This document shows, piece by piece, positions 38,478 to 52,376 of a stretch of 64,000 bases of DNA. A program made the translations under genes and the position numbers. Numbering within the stretch: position 1 is the first letter of the stretch; every line of letters starts with the position of its first letter. Source of the stretch: Octopus vulgaris (lineage: Eukaryota); assembly GCA_951406725.2 (NCBI GenBank), contig OX597815.1:122078001-122142000 (forward strand), in the 5' to 3' direction. A model generated the notes under the pieces. That model ran no database searches. It had not been told where the DNA came from and was given only the letters and a program-made list of their open reading frames with translations.

Positions 38478-39586
38478 ATATGTGTGCACATGTGTGTGTA
38501 TGGGTTTGTGTGTGTGTGTGTACTTATATGCTATTGTTTTATCTGTCCCACTTCATATCATTCTTTTTCTATTCTTAATATCTCTCTAACTCTTCCCCAC
38601 ACCTATCCATACTTTAAAAGAAAGTATTTGCTTTATTTTTTTCTCTAAGTCTTTTATCCATTCAGGTTTACTCTTCATGCTTTCACATTATTATTTAAAC
38701 ACATCTTTCCTTTTTTTGGAAATTTTCTATACCAAGAACACTCTGATTTGTATATGTAATTCTAGAAGTGCAACAAAACTAGTTATTCCTAATCAAATTC
38801 ACCAGTCTATTCCAAAATCGAATCCTTTATGTAGGACTCTTACCAAAGACTTTCTTTTGCCAAATGTTATGAAATACTACGTTTATATCATTTTCACATT
38901 TCTCCAAATATTTTCACTTCGTTGGGCCATTTGTGGCAATAGAAGATCACTTGTTATTCTAGAAAAAACATGCTACTACAATGTAGAAAAATGGAAGGTG
39001 TTTTTATTTAAGGCTTCTATCATTATTTAAGAGCAATAGGTTGAATGAAGTTAGAAAGCCATTTTATATTTGAGAACAGTATATGCACTGAGATATTGGT
39101 AGATTTCGGGATATGTTTTTTAGGTTCTAGCATCACCATCATCATCAGCAGCAATTAACTGTTTGCATAGGTAGGAAATGACAAGGAACTGGGAGTTGTG
39201 GCAACTTGCTGAACTTTAGAAGATGCATCAAACCAAGTAAAATCATTGTCATCTGTACATACAGGCTTGTCCTTTACAAGTGCTGGTGTCACATAATATG
39301 CACTTGTCTCAGTGCTGCATACCCATGCCGGTGGCACCTAAAAAGCACCTGACACACTCCGTAAAGTGGTTGGCATTAGGAAGGGCATCTAGCCATAGAA
39401 CCTTTGCCACAAGAGACAATTGGAGTCTGGATAGTTCCCGTAGCTGGCCAGCTCCTGTCAAGTTGTCCAACCCATGCCAGCATGGAAAACAGACGTTAAA
39501 CAATGATAATGATAAGATGATTGGAATTTGCTGAGGCAGATTTTCCATGGCTGGATGTCCTTGTCACCAACCCTTACTAGTTGCAT

Positions 39587-39641
<55 letters not shown>

Positions 39642-39944
39642 TGATGCATATGTGTGTGTGTGTTAGTAAATCTATATATTGATATGTTATTTTATCGCCC
39701 CTGGAGTAATGAAAGGCAAAGTTGACCCTAGCAGTATTTAGACTGGGAACATAAAGACCCAGGTCTAATACCCCTAGACATTTCCTTGATACTCTATCTC
39801 TTCTGCCAATCTGCTACTCTAATAATAATTCCCTATCCAGAGCATACTCTTTAAAGATTGAAATAAATAAGTATGCCAAATCACTAGCTGATAGAATTTA
39901 GAGCCATATATTGTGATTGATATGTCTTATCTATTTTTGTTTCA

Positions 39945-40358
39945 GTCATTGAACTGCAGCAATGCTGGGGCATTATATTGAAGGGTTTAGTCAAATTTTT
40001 AAACCTCTGTATTTTCTATTTTCAATTCTTGTACTTATTCTATCAATCTCTTTTGATGAGCCACTAAATTTTGGGGATAGGAGCATAAGCAAACAAACAC
40101 TGGTTGTCAAACACAAGGGCACACACACTCACACACATGCATGCATGCATGCCTCCCTCACACATTCACACACACATGCATACAACCCTCACATGCACAA
40201 TGGGCTTCCACGTCATTTCTGTCTACCAAATTCACTCACAAAGCATTGGTAAGCCTCAGGTTACAGTAGAAAACATGCTCAAGGTGCTGTGTAGTGCAAC
40301 TGAACCTGAAATCACATGACTGCAAAGTGAGCTTCATAACCACAGCCATGTCTGCACC
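39945..40358 (-). mobile_element. SINE family 1, diverged copy
   Basis: tttcagtcattgaactgcagcaatgctggggca ... ccacagccatgtctgcacc. Confidence 0.75.
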
Positions 40359-41255
40359 AATACTTTCTATATAATTTTCTTTTGTTAATTTAAATAAATT
40401 TATTTCGCATAAACATTTGTTATTGCCTCAACTCATTTTTATACAAGTATTGTGTTTGTGACGATGAAATGATAATTGAAAACTTACTGATGTAGATAGA
40501 AACTGATGAGCTCAGCTAAAATATTACCTAGCATCATCATATCCTATTCACATATTTTAAATGCATTGATAAGAAGCATTTCTTTTTCTTTTCACACAAA
40601 ATATGTATAACAAAATGTATTTATATCTCCAAACGAGAGAATCATTACAAAACAAAGAAAATATTTACAATAACATTTGCAAAACAAGATTCTTTTCACC
40701 TAGTAGCCAGACTTACTTATTATTGTTTGTACAGATGATATTTCACTTGTCAAAGTCTACCTAAGAAATGAATCTATTTTTGCAATTTCTTTTAACTTCT
40801 CGCAGGTAGAGAAGGCATGTGAGAAGCCAGTCTTAACATATAGATACTACTCTCCAAGCAAAGTAGCTGGCTTTTGATGAGCTTTACATTAAATATGTTA
40901 ACACATGCTTAGCTATAAAACTTTCACTCTTTTAATCCACTTGATGGGTAATATATAACTTTTATTGTATAGATATTTAAGAGAAGATAACAGTACCAAA
41001 CCCTTATGATGAAAACTGTATTCCAGATACTAATAATAACTTTTGCTTTTCTCTAAATTAACAAGAATAATTCTCATGCTATAAAAAATAAAAGTATAGT
41101 AACATATGGTCAGTCATTTTGTTACATGCTAATAAAAGTGTCAATTAAATTTGAATAATAATAATGAAAGAGTAATTCTAGGCCATTAGGCTTACTCAGT
41201 TACTAAATATACATAAATGTATATTCCCACCACATTAATATGCATATACATAGGT

Positions 41256-41294
<39 letters not shown>

Positions 41295-41640
41295 GTCCCA
41301 CTGCGTGGCATCTTGGGCAAGTGTCTTCTGCTATAGCCCCGGGTCAACCAATGCCTTGTGAGTGGATTTGGTAGACGGAAACTGAAAGAAGCCCGTCGTA
41401 TATATGTATATATATATGTGTGTGTGTGTGTACGTGTTTGTGTGTCTGTGTTTGTCCCCCTAGCATTGCTTGACAACCGATGCTGGTGTTTTTACGTCCC
41501 CGTCACTTAGCAGTTCGGCAAAAGAGACTGATAGAATAAGTACTGGGCTTACAAAGAATAAGTCCCGGGGTCGATTTGCTCATCTAAAGGTGATGCTCCA
41601 GCATGGCCGCAGTCAAATGACTGAAACAAGTATAAGAGTA
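41295..41640 (+). mobile_element. SINE family 1, 5'-truncated, well preserved
   Basis: Near reverse complement of 51750-52086. Confidence 0.85.
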
Positions 41641-41669
41641 TAAGAGTATATACACACACACACACACAA

Positions 41670-41990
41670 AGGTGCATGGCTTTGTGATTAGGTATCCGAC
41701 TTACAATTGTAAGGCTGTGAGTTCAATTCCCAGTGGCACATTGTGTCCTTGAGCAAAACACTTTATTTCACGTTGCTCCAGTCCACACAGCTGGCAAAAA
41801 TGAGTAGTAACTGTATTTCAAAGGGCTAGCCTTATCACATTCTGTGTCATACTGAATCTCTCTGAGAAGTATGTTAAGGGTACACATGTCTGTGGAGTGC
41901 TCAACCACTTGCATGTTAATTTCACGAGTGGGCTGTTCAGTTGATCAGATCAACTGGAACACTCATCATCATAACTGATGGAGTGCTAGT
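41670..41990 (+). mobile_element. tRNA-derived SINE family 2
   Basis: ggtgcatggctttgtgattagg...gagttcaattccc head; ttgtgtccttgagcaa..cactttatttcacgttgctccagtcc body. Confidence 0.8.
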
Positions 41991-42049
41991 AATATATATA
42001 AGCATATATATGTATATATATATATATATGTAAACTATACATATATATA

Positions 42050-42960
42050 GGGAAAATTCACAAAAAACACAAAAGACGAAGACAGGTGGTGTAGACAACA
42101 AGCAAATGTATTAGTTTAACACTCGGGAAGTAAAAAAGTCTTTAATGTTTCAAGCCTACGCTCTTCCACAGAAAGGAACACAGAGAGAAACAAGGAGAGA
42201 AAATAAAGAATGTGTAGTGGCTAGCGATCTATCATGGCGAATACCAGACAGAAGGGTCTCACAGGAGAGCTAGGAAGAAGGGGAGATAATAAAGTAGTGG
42301 TGATCCCAAAACGAAGGTGCACATGCATGTGTATAAGAGAGTATGTATATGCATGTGGAAGAAGGCTGGTGATTTTCACGTGTGCATGTGTGTATGTGTA
42401 GGTGTGAAGATGTGGGGCTGGGAAGTGGTCAGTGCTAGTGTGTGCATGGAGGTGTGATGTGGTGTGTTGTGTGGTTATGGTGTAGTGGTGTGTGGTGTGG
42501 TGTGATGGTGTTGGGAGGTGGGACAGGTGAGAGTTGGGAAAGCAAGGGTGTGGTGTGGGTTAGGCTGGGGGTAGAGCGGAGCATGATGGAGTGGGTGTAA
42601 GGGATGGGTTGGGATAGGATGGGAAGGATAGAGAAAATGGGGTTGGAACGTGTAGGGGTGGGGTTACGAGGGAAGGATGACGATGAAGGAGGAAGAAGGT
42701 GGGTAGGAGTGAAGAGAAGAGAGAAGGAGAGTAGGAGTGAAGAGAAGAAGTAGGAGTTGGAGCAAGAGAGGAGAGGTGGGTGGGTGGGAGGAAGTAGGTG
42801 TGAGGGGGAGAGAGGTGAGGGGAGGAGGTTTGATGAAGAGGGGAGGAGAGTTGAGCCCATGTGGTACAAAGGAGCGAAGAGGGAAGATTAATCCTTGTTC
42901 ACGGCACAAACGGGAGTCCGGATGGCCCCTGTGCAAGAACAATCCAAACAAATACTGGAG
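42050..42960 (-). mobile_element. Penelope-like element 3' fragment (GIY-YIG C-terminus, low-complexity UTR, pLTR)
   Basis: Track ORF 42664..42951 starts FGLFLHRGHPDSRLCREQGLIFPLRSFVPHGLN, fitting the R..RE..LI..L....P.GLN end of PLE GIY-YIG endonucleases. A C/T-rich tract follows, then a hammerhead-like motif at 42147-42171. Confidence 0.75.
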
Positions 42961-42974
42961 TTAAATATAATAAA

Positions 42975-43028
42975 TATGTAAATAGATCTATAATGAACCT
43001 ACAGGTTCATTATAGATCTATTTACATA
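42975..43028. repeat. Perfect 26-bp inverted repeat with 2-nt spacer
   Basis: tatgtaaatagatctataatgaacct-ac-aggttcattatagatctatttacata. Confidence 0.95.
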
Positions 43029-43619
43029 GGTTCATTAGGCTGGAGTTTATCCCAGTTTCCATGTCATATAACCAGCCAAGAGTAAAATACTCCTCCTTCC
43101 TCTCAGCTACTGCGTTTCCCGATAGACCATTTTACTCTACATCCCTTCAATTAACTGAAGTAAGCCGTGAATGAGATCTGAGTATCCCACCTTCACATAC
43201 ATTGTTTATTTTAGACTACATTATCCATTGTATCCTTCCACTATTTGAAAATGGTAAAGTGTGATTTTAATGAAATTTTATGACTATTTCTAACAGGATA
43301 AGTGACTACATAGATGCTCATATCAATCTTCCATTTTTCAGTAATTTCTTTCTGTTATTGTTATTCTTTTCACTAACATTCACTCCCCATCATTATTATA
43401 CCTGACTCACTTCATTTTTTTTTCTCTTACTCATGCTCCTCTTACTTGTACTTTTCTTTTCCAACCTTTTGTACCACCCCTCTCTATATTTCAATGTCTG
43501 CTCCTATGACTGCTTGTCTATAATGCTGCTAACTTCAAGATATTTCTCTCCTGGCTGTCTTTTTTCTCAGCCTCTCGCATATCTATTTATCTATCTATCT
43601 ATCTAATCTGTCTTTATAA

Positions 43620-45330
43620 TTTCTTCTTTATCAGCCAATCCTTTTGGTTGCTTGCCAAAAGGGTTTCCACCAACTTTACAAAATCTTCTTTCCCTCCACT
43701 TCATGACTAATGATGGTTCTATGAGTAGAAGAACTGGCAGAAAAGTCTCCACATTCACTGTCAGCTTTGCAGTCAATTTCACATTGCACACATTTGGCAA
43801 ATCTCCAAGTTTATCCTTCCCTCTGCTTCAGGTCCTCTATCTTGCATGTACATGCCAATGGCGAAAATATTTTTGGTGGCTTCAAACCAACAAGGTCACT
43901 GGCCTTGACATCTTTTCCATTACTTTCAAATTTTACATTCCAGAGCTACCCCACTGTACTCAATAAACTCTTCAATCTCTCTTTCTCTCCTTCTCTACAG
44001 GGATCTACCTTGCTTTTTTTGGCAATACTTTACCATGCATTCCATTACCAAGAAGGGAAACTCCTCTGACCCTGCCAAATATCACATTATCACTTCATAT
44101 ATCCCTGATGGTAATAGAGACAGCCATTTACAACAAGATCTTCCAACACCTTCGATCTCTGTTTTCCTCCTTAATGGCCATCAGTACTGTTTCTGTAAAG
44201 TCAGAACTGCTGGTGACCTACTATTTATGTTACCCACCTGTATGTTTTTGCCTTGGAAAAATTTAATGAAAGCAATATTGTCAACATTGACATCAGCAAA
44301 GCTTTCATCTATGTTTGGCATGCAAATCTTCTATCAAAACTACCTACATATCAGGTCACATATGGGCTCTATTCATCTTAAATCCCTTGGATGGAACTTC
44401 TTTGAGATAACACTACCACAGCTTGTGTTGATAGAACTCTGTCTGTCCCTCATTCTATCAAGTCTGGCATGTCCCAGGGTTCAGTTTTGTTCCCTAATCA
44501 TTTCTTTCTATACATCAATGACTTATTTGCTATTATGTCCCACTCTAATGTAGATGACACTATTGTTGATTCATTCCTAACCTTCCCCAACCATGCATCT
44601 TCTTTGTAACCTGGATACCACTCAAAATATCCATACCAATCATATGAACAGAAACCTCAAAAGCATCCTCTCATGGAGATATGCCAATTCTATCTCTTTC
44701 AGGAGAAAGAAAATTAATGCTATTCATATCAAGAAACCATCATTTCACCACAACCTTCTTAATCATGAACTGATACAACTAGAAACCCAATCACTCCAAA
44801 TTTTGAGCTTCAGTATTACTGAGAGTTTCTTCTTATGAAAACACATCTTTAACATAGTAGGACTGGATGCCAGTAAGTGGTTCTTCTCTTAAAGGCTTCA
44901 TCTCCCAACAATTAATGATACTCAACAAGGTGTTAACGAAGTCCGCATTTGGGAAGTTACTGATGTTGCATACAGAAATCCAAGGTTGTATACAGAAAAG
45001 ATCAATCTGACTGATTATCATAGAGATACATACAAACACACTCTGATCTCTGACCTACAAGCACATTGCCTCCTCTCTCTCTGCCTTGTTTTTGCGATAC
45101 TATAATGGCCTCTGCTCTTCAGACTTGGCTGAGTTCATGCCATCTCCACTCTGAAATATTTGATCCACACATTTCTACTCCTCTCATACCCTTATTGTGC
45201 CCAAATTCCACCTAGCTTTTCACTAATCATTATACCCAATCGCTCATTTCTAGAATATTAGCCCCCAGAACTCCCTCCTAGCTCATATTCCTACAGGCAT
45301 TGAATTGCAATGGTTCAAGATGCACCCTAT
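43620..45330 (+). pseudogene. Heavily decayed LINE RT region (CR1/L2/Jockey group)
   Basis: Ordered motif relics across frames: NKVTGLD, LNKLFNLS, KKGNSSDPAKY, LLNGHQYCF, DISKAFIYVWHANLLSKL, SGMSQGSVL, VDDT. Many stops and frameshifts. Confidence 0.8.
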
Positions 45331-47822
45331 GGCATTAATCTCACATACCTCAGAGGGCCAGTAATGATCATGGTTGCTGACTCTTCCTCCAGACTCAGCA
45401 AGAAAACAAAAAGTCAAGTTACATAAAAGAAACACATTATGACCATCATTCTTATTATCATCACAACCACTGCTACCACAAAGATGACAACTGTAATGAT
45501 AGCAGTAATATGTATTAAATCAATATTTTTCTTCTCAAAAGGATTGAGAAGAATTTTAGTTTTTCCAATCCCTTATCTTTTGCTAAAAATAGTCCTTACT
45601 ATATCTTTGAATAATGTTTGCCATTATTATAAGATTTTAACATTTCTTTGGTCCAGCAGTAAGAACTTACCAAACTAAATTCATGACTTAGTAATAATTT
45701 CTTATAGTAACCTTAGTAAACTTGTTAACATAACCCCTTACCCTTTAATACTCAAGTTTTAATAAATCATTTTATGTCATATTTATACTTCTTGTCTTCT
45801 TTATGATAAAGTCAATATGGTGAATTTCTTCCTTTATGACTTCTGAAGTCACTTCAGTATATTCATTCGATATACCTTGTGAATTAGTATCAAAGTCCTG
45901 TCTGCTGATGCTGCAGACCATCAGCTTTTTCTTCTTACAATAAGGTATCACTTTCCACTACTAGATTTTCGTATTTATAAGTATCATATAACCTGCATAA
46001 TGAGTAAATGCCAACAGAAATAGTTCTCAAAATATCTGCAGCCACTATAGATGTTCGACATTGTTCAAACAGCAAAATCAGTAACTAACTGTACTATTAG
46101 CTAGATTATATAAATATATTGCATTATAAATAAAACCTTTATAAAATAGTACATAAAACAATATACAAATTCTCCTGGAGTCACTGCTGCTATTAGCCAC
46201 AACAGCTACGACAACTCACCATCACTATTTTCACAGCTGTTAACTATCGCACCTACTGGCATTCTTCCCCCCACTGACAACATCCAACCCTTACAACTTT
46301 GCTGGTTTACAACAGTTCCAAACTGCGTAATTCTAGAATGATTGTTAATGTTAGATCTTGCTCACAACTAAATGTCTAAGAAGAATGCTGAAGAAATTTT
46401 ATAACTATTTCCAATATTATATATCAAGTAATTATACAACAATAAAGTATAGTTGATGTGCTAACATAATTCAGAATACAGTCAGTTTCACTGATATTTG
46501 GTTACAAGATTAAACGTGTAACAGCTTTTAATCCCTTTCTGAAAATATTTTGGCACCCAACCAGGTTAACTCATGACCTAACTTTGACCTAGTTATTGGT
46601 GAATCATAAATTGAAGTATTTTTATTGTTCAAGATTATTATAAATCTTTAACAAATATCTTTAAAGTGTAGTAAAAAATAGTTGTCATTGTCAGTCATTG
46701 CTTTTGCCATCAACATCATTGTCATCAACATAATCATCATCATTATCATTGTCATCGTCATCGTCATCATTATCGCTGTCATCATTGTTGTCAGTGTCAT
46801 TGCTGTTATGGTCATTGTCATTGTTATCTTCATTATTATTCATATATTTGTAAATTAGCAAAATTTTCATCAAGTTCAGTTTCACAAGTAAATCCTTTCT
46901 AAAAAGAAAAATATTTGTGAAATCATTACTAAATAGTTATTTTCTTTTCTTAGTCCACTACAGTTAGAAATTTTACTAATGTTCAAACAATTTACATTTA
47001 AGCAAGATCATGTTGCTCAGGTGGAAATACAAATATGAAAATAACATATTTTTGAACAAGTCATCCATCTTGTAAATAACCACACAAACAAGTGGGAGAA
47101 GCCTATACAACAGACATAAGTAAACACTTTCTAATAGCAGAGGAAGGCTTGTGATATATTGCATGTCATAAATTGGCCAACTCTTTTAGCCAAAGAATAA
47201 TTTAACAAATGGTGAATGAATGAAGTATAGTATACAACATATATTACATCAAACACATCAAAAAAAAACTGAACAAGAGAAAGTGTGAGTAAAGACAGAG
47301 TAAGACAGAGAAAGAGAAAGAAATCTTTTTAAATTAATAGGGGCAAACCGAAAGATTATGTTACAAAGTTGGAGTAAAATATCATAGAGACATTACATGT
47401 GCCTTAAAAAATAAAGTTATACATGTGACTCAAGAACTGAAGGCTGCCTGTGCCCTATCTACATGGTTGCTTAGTTTGTTAGAAATAGCAACCAAGTTTC
47501 CCACATATCACATCATATCATCTTAAAGGAAGGGAGAATACATTGGATAGTATGATCCTAGGGACACTGTGTTGGAATAATAGATAGATATGCTGATCAT
47601 GACTGGAACACATCAGATCAGAGGATTACTCAATCATCATGAACTTAAGATAGAACAGTGACAGGAACAACCACTCCAAGGATGAGTACATCAAAAATTC
47701 AAAGCAAAAATTTTTCTGACTTTGTTTATTTTTTCATGTCCCTTATTATATCATCAATTTAGTTGTCATTAATTTAGTCTTTTGGAAAAATACAAAAATA
47801 AATATATAAATAGATGAATAAG

Positions 47823-47826
47823 CAAA

Positions 47827-47862
<36 letters not shown>

Positions 47863-47863
47863 G

Positions 47864-47912
<49 letters not shown>
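47823..47912. repeat. (AAAT)n(AAT)n microsatellite
   Basis: Direct reading. Confidence 0.95.
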
Positions 47913-47915
<3 letters not shown>

Positions 47916-50282
47916 TAAAAGTACATCTTTTTCACCACACAAAACAAGTTTTTTTATTATAGATTTTAAGACAGCTTTTGTTATAAATGCATTTCTGAGA
48001 CATCTAAGATTAGAAACTCCATTTCAAATGAAAGCATAAAAAAATCAATTCTTCAAAGACAATGTTGGACTCAAAGAAACATATTTTAAAGCAATATTCA
48101 TGGTAGACATAAAGACAAGAAGTTATTACATAAGGTTTATAATTTTTTCACTATTAATCTCATGTTAGGGACGAAAAATATTATATTTACATCTAAGCTG
48201 TTTTTTATTTGGTTTTATATTTGATCATCATCAAGTGTCTTATTCCTGAATGTCTACATAGTACTAGACTGGATTTGAACTAGAAATTTTATTTGGCAGT
48301 AAATTGGTAGAGTTGTTGGAAGAGGGACTAAATGCCATGTCGTATTTATTCAGCTTTCTGTGTTCTGGGTTGAAATCCATCTGAAGTCAACTTTGCCATA
48401 CATCATTCCAGGGTTGATAAATTAAATAGCAGTCTAAGTTGGTGGTGTGGCAGAACCATCAGAATGAGAAAAGTTGCCTCATGTTATTTATTCCAGCTCT
48501 TTACATTCAGGGTTCAAATTCTTCCATTTAATCTGTCACCCAGTTTAATACCACCACCCTTTCCTTGGTGCTGACAGCAGACTCTGTTCAATTGCAGGTA
48601 TTCAGGCCAGTGTTCTAGTTTGAAGATTCTTCTTTCTTCCTTCACTCCAGCTCTAAAGACTCTAAAAAGAGCTTGTGGGCAATGTCCTTCTTTTAAGAGG
48701 TTCTTTGTTTGAATCCAGTCAATTTCTATGTGCACAGCCAAGAATAAGACATATGATGATGATCAGAAAGCAGATTGACCAGACTGTAGTGTAGATGTAA
48801 ATATTAAGATATATTTCATCACCTGAACATAAGGTTAACAGTTTGAAAAAATTACAATCCATTGACAACCAGACATTTCAATAGTCAAGTTATTACATAT
48901 ACACAGTTCTCCAGCTGTAAGCTACTATACAGAGAAATAAAAAATTAGTTAATAATACTTAGTATAGCTTCAATGCTGACTATTATTCATTAGCATTAGT
49001 TAAAGTTTTAAGCAGTTATAAGATGACTTCATAAATCTTATTCAAGTTGTTTCCTGTGATGTAAGTTGCTACTAAAATAAATCAACAAATGTCATTGACT
49101 TTGGAAAGTTAACACTTATTTTTCATGAATAATTTAGAATAATTCAACATTTCATTTTTAATAAAATAATTTTGATGGAAATAAAAACTGTATGAATTTT
49201 TAAAGCTTTCATTTTGATTTGTTACTGACAATAGATATTAAATTAGAGCTTGTGAATGAATACTGGAATTGCTTTTGAAAATGAAAAAATAAAGTTTATA
49301 TGCGTTTTCAATATGGATGATGATAAAATCAGAATAGAAAATAGAAAAATATGATAGAAAATTTTAAAAAATGGAAGGAATATTACTGTGGATATATTTG
49401 AAGGTGTAAGGAATAAGCTGTGTTCAGTTGAGAAAAAATAACTAAGAGCTAATGTTATCATCAGTAGCTGATGATAGCTTAAAATGTAAAGGGAATAAGA
49501 TAAAAATAGTTGACGAGTGGTTAAAGAATCAGGAAAGGGAGAAAGTTATGGCTTAGTGGAGTTGAAATTATTTCTTTAAAAAATCTACATTTTAATATAG
49601 CTGTTTATGTGTGCCATAAGAAGGGAAATAACTTTTAAAATAATGCAAAATGTTTTAAATAGCTTTACCAACATTAAATAAATTTTGAAACTTTTATACA
49701 ACATGAGTTACCATCAGATATTGCATGTGTTGTTTCAATATGTGTGTTGAATGCATGTGATCTATTGGTTAGGATATTAGGCTCACCATCATAAGGTCGT
49801 GGGTTCAATCCTTGAACTGAGTAGCAAGTTGTGTCCTTGATCAAGACACTGCATTCCACATTGCTCCAGTCAACCCAACTGAAAAATGAGCACCAACGGA
49901 GGGATGGTATGTTTTGTCTCTCTCTGTCTCTCTCCCAGCTATCATAGCTTGAGTGTATTACCATGTCAACAGTGTGAGAGCGAGTTGAGTGGGATTTTTA
50001 AGTCTGATTGTGACTTTGTAAGCACTTAAAACAACCAGAAAATGCATAGTACACGTAATCAAGCCATATTCACTCACAAGAGATGGCTCGTTGTATTGTA
50101 CTCGGTATATGTACACATTTGAGTGCATATGAGGACAAACTAATAATGCAAAATCTACTTTACAATAAGTACTTCCATATCATTATCATTGATAAGAAAA
50201 AATATGGATTTATTTGAATATTTTTGTTTTTATACAATAAGTATTATGAATATTACCATTCAAATCTGAATTTAAGGAAGAT

Positions 50283-50505
50283 GTGGCCGTTGCCAGTAAC
50301 ACCTGACTGGCCCTCATGCCAGTGGCACGTAAAAGCACCCACTACAGTCTCGGAGTGGTTGGCATTAGGAAGGTCATCCAGCTGTAGAAACTCTACCAGA
50401 TCAGATTGGAGCCTGGTGCAGCCATCTAGCTTGCCAGTCCTCAGTCAAACTGTCCAACCCATGCCAGCATGGAAAGCGGACGTTAAATGATGATCATGAT
50501 GATGA
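50283..50505 (+). mobile_element. Repeat family 3 copy
   Basis: Reverse complement of about 5225-5447; ends gacgttaaatgatgat. Confidence 0.8.
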
Positions 50506-51309
50506 TTCTGTTTGTAAATTATAAAATACCTTTCAAAATGTAAATATTATATTTAATGGTATTATCAATTGATATTATTTATAATTCACATTTGATTTAC
50601 TACCTGCAAAAAGAATTTTAAAATTTGGTACAAGATCATAAGTCTAGACTTTGCAATATTGGCAGTTTAATTGATGTCAGTCTTTGAGCAGTATTTATTT
50701 TATTTATCCCAGAGAGGGAAAGGTAAAATCAGCTTTAGCAAACTTTGAATTCTAATATTGTTTTTTTTAACAAAGTCAAAAGGCCAAATATTTGGGTCAG
50801 AGGAAGAAGAAATTATATTCACCCAAAACTTTACTAGATTATTTTACTGACCATGTGGGATGAAAGGCAAACTTGACCTTGAGGGGATTTGAACTCAGAA
50901 TTTAGAGAAACAGCACAAAGCATTTTTTTTATACCCTAATGATTCTGCCTGTCTACCACTTCTCTAAGAATAATAAGGATTTAAAATCATTGCCTAAACA
51001 AACAAACAAACAAAAAAACCCCATCAGATAACTTCATTTAGGTCATGGCAATTCCTAATACTAATTAAAAGTACACCCACATTCACACAACTACATGTAT
51101 ATAATAATGATTTATGGTATATTTTGCTTAATTTATCCTATATGTTTTAAATGGTTTTAATGTATTTGACATTAAAATTAATATATGATTTATTGTATAT
51201 TAATAATTAAATGCAGCATAGGGTCACTATTAAGATAATTGAAAGCTTAGATTACGATCTGTTTGTGGTTACGTAATGCATCTTATTCTTCTGATGACTA
51301 AAGTGTGAT

Positions 51310-51440
51310 ATGGTCAGCTTCATTAGCTTACAGCTAAGAAACTGTACTCAAGATGTTGCTCAAGCACTCAGTGCACTACTGCTTATAGCAGACGTAGCTG
51401 TAGGCTAATGGAGATGATTATGCAACTCCTGTTCCCTTGT
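51310..51440. repeat. Dispersed repeat with internal 16-bp inverted repeat; second copy inverted at about 63885-64000
   Basis: cattagcttacagcta / tagctgtaggctaatg. Segment gtgcact.ct.cttatagcaga..tagctgta.gc.aatg is shared with the reverse complement of the window end. Confidence 0.7.
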
Positions 51441-51609
51441 CCTTTATTTATCAATAGGATGCTCTGTACTTGCCTAAGCATAAGTATATTGAGTTCTAGC
51501 AACTAGTTTTCAGTGTTGTTATGCATAAGTAAAAGCATAATATGCATACTTTCATACACACACACACACACACACATACAAACGTGTATATATATATATG
51601 AATACATAC

Positions 51610-51640
<31 letters not shown>

Positions 51641-51669
51641 CATACATGTATATATATATATATATATAC

Positions 51670-51731
<62 letters not shown>

Positions 51732-51749
51732 TTCCCTTTTTCTCTTTTT

Positions 51750-52142
51750 TACTTGTTTCAGTCATTTGACTGCGGCCATGCTGGAGCACTGCCTTTAGTC
51801 GAGCAAATCGACCCCGGGATTTATTCTTTGTAAGCACAGTACTTATTCTATCGGTCTCTTTTGCCAAACCACTAAGTGACAGGGACGTAAACACACCAGC
51901 ATCGGTTGTCAAGCAATGCTAGGGGAACAAACGCAGACACACAAACATATTCACACACACTTATAAATATATACATATATACGACAGGCTTCTTTCAGTT
52001 TCCGTCTACCAAATACACTCACAAGGCATTGGTCGGCCCGGGGCTATAGCAGAAGACACTTGCCCAAGATGCCATGCAGTGGGACTGAACCCGGAACCAT
52101 GTGGTTGGTTAGCAAGCTACTTACCAAACAGCCACTCCTGCG

Positions 52143-52144
<2 letters not shown>
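51750..52144 (-). mobile_element. tRNA-derived SINE family 1, best-preserved copy
   Basis: Minus-strand head aggcgcaggagtggctgtttggtaag...ggttcagtcccac (A/B-box-like), internal (CA/TA) tract, 3' end gcagtcaaatgactgaaacaag. At least 8 related copies in the window. Confidence 0.85.
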
Positions 52145-52196
<52 letters not shown>

Positions 52197-52297
52197 CATA
52201 TTTATATATATATGTATATATATGTGTATATATACATGTATATATATATGTGTGTGTGTGTATGTGCACATATACATGTGTGTGTATATATATATGC

Positions 52298-52360
<63 letters not shown>

Positions 52361-52376
52361 TACATACACATATATA

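Noticed and set aside
50598-50625. Minus-strand ttctttttgcag|gtagta in the 17-kb intron as a possible recursive site
   Set aside because: Donor half is weak and nothing else supports it without RNA data.
52085-52144. tRNA-like A/B boxes
   Set aside because: These are SINE heads without a complete cloverleaf, so they are not called as tRNA genes.
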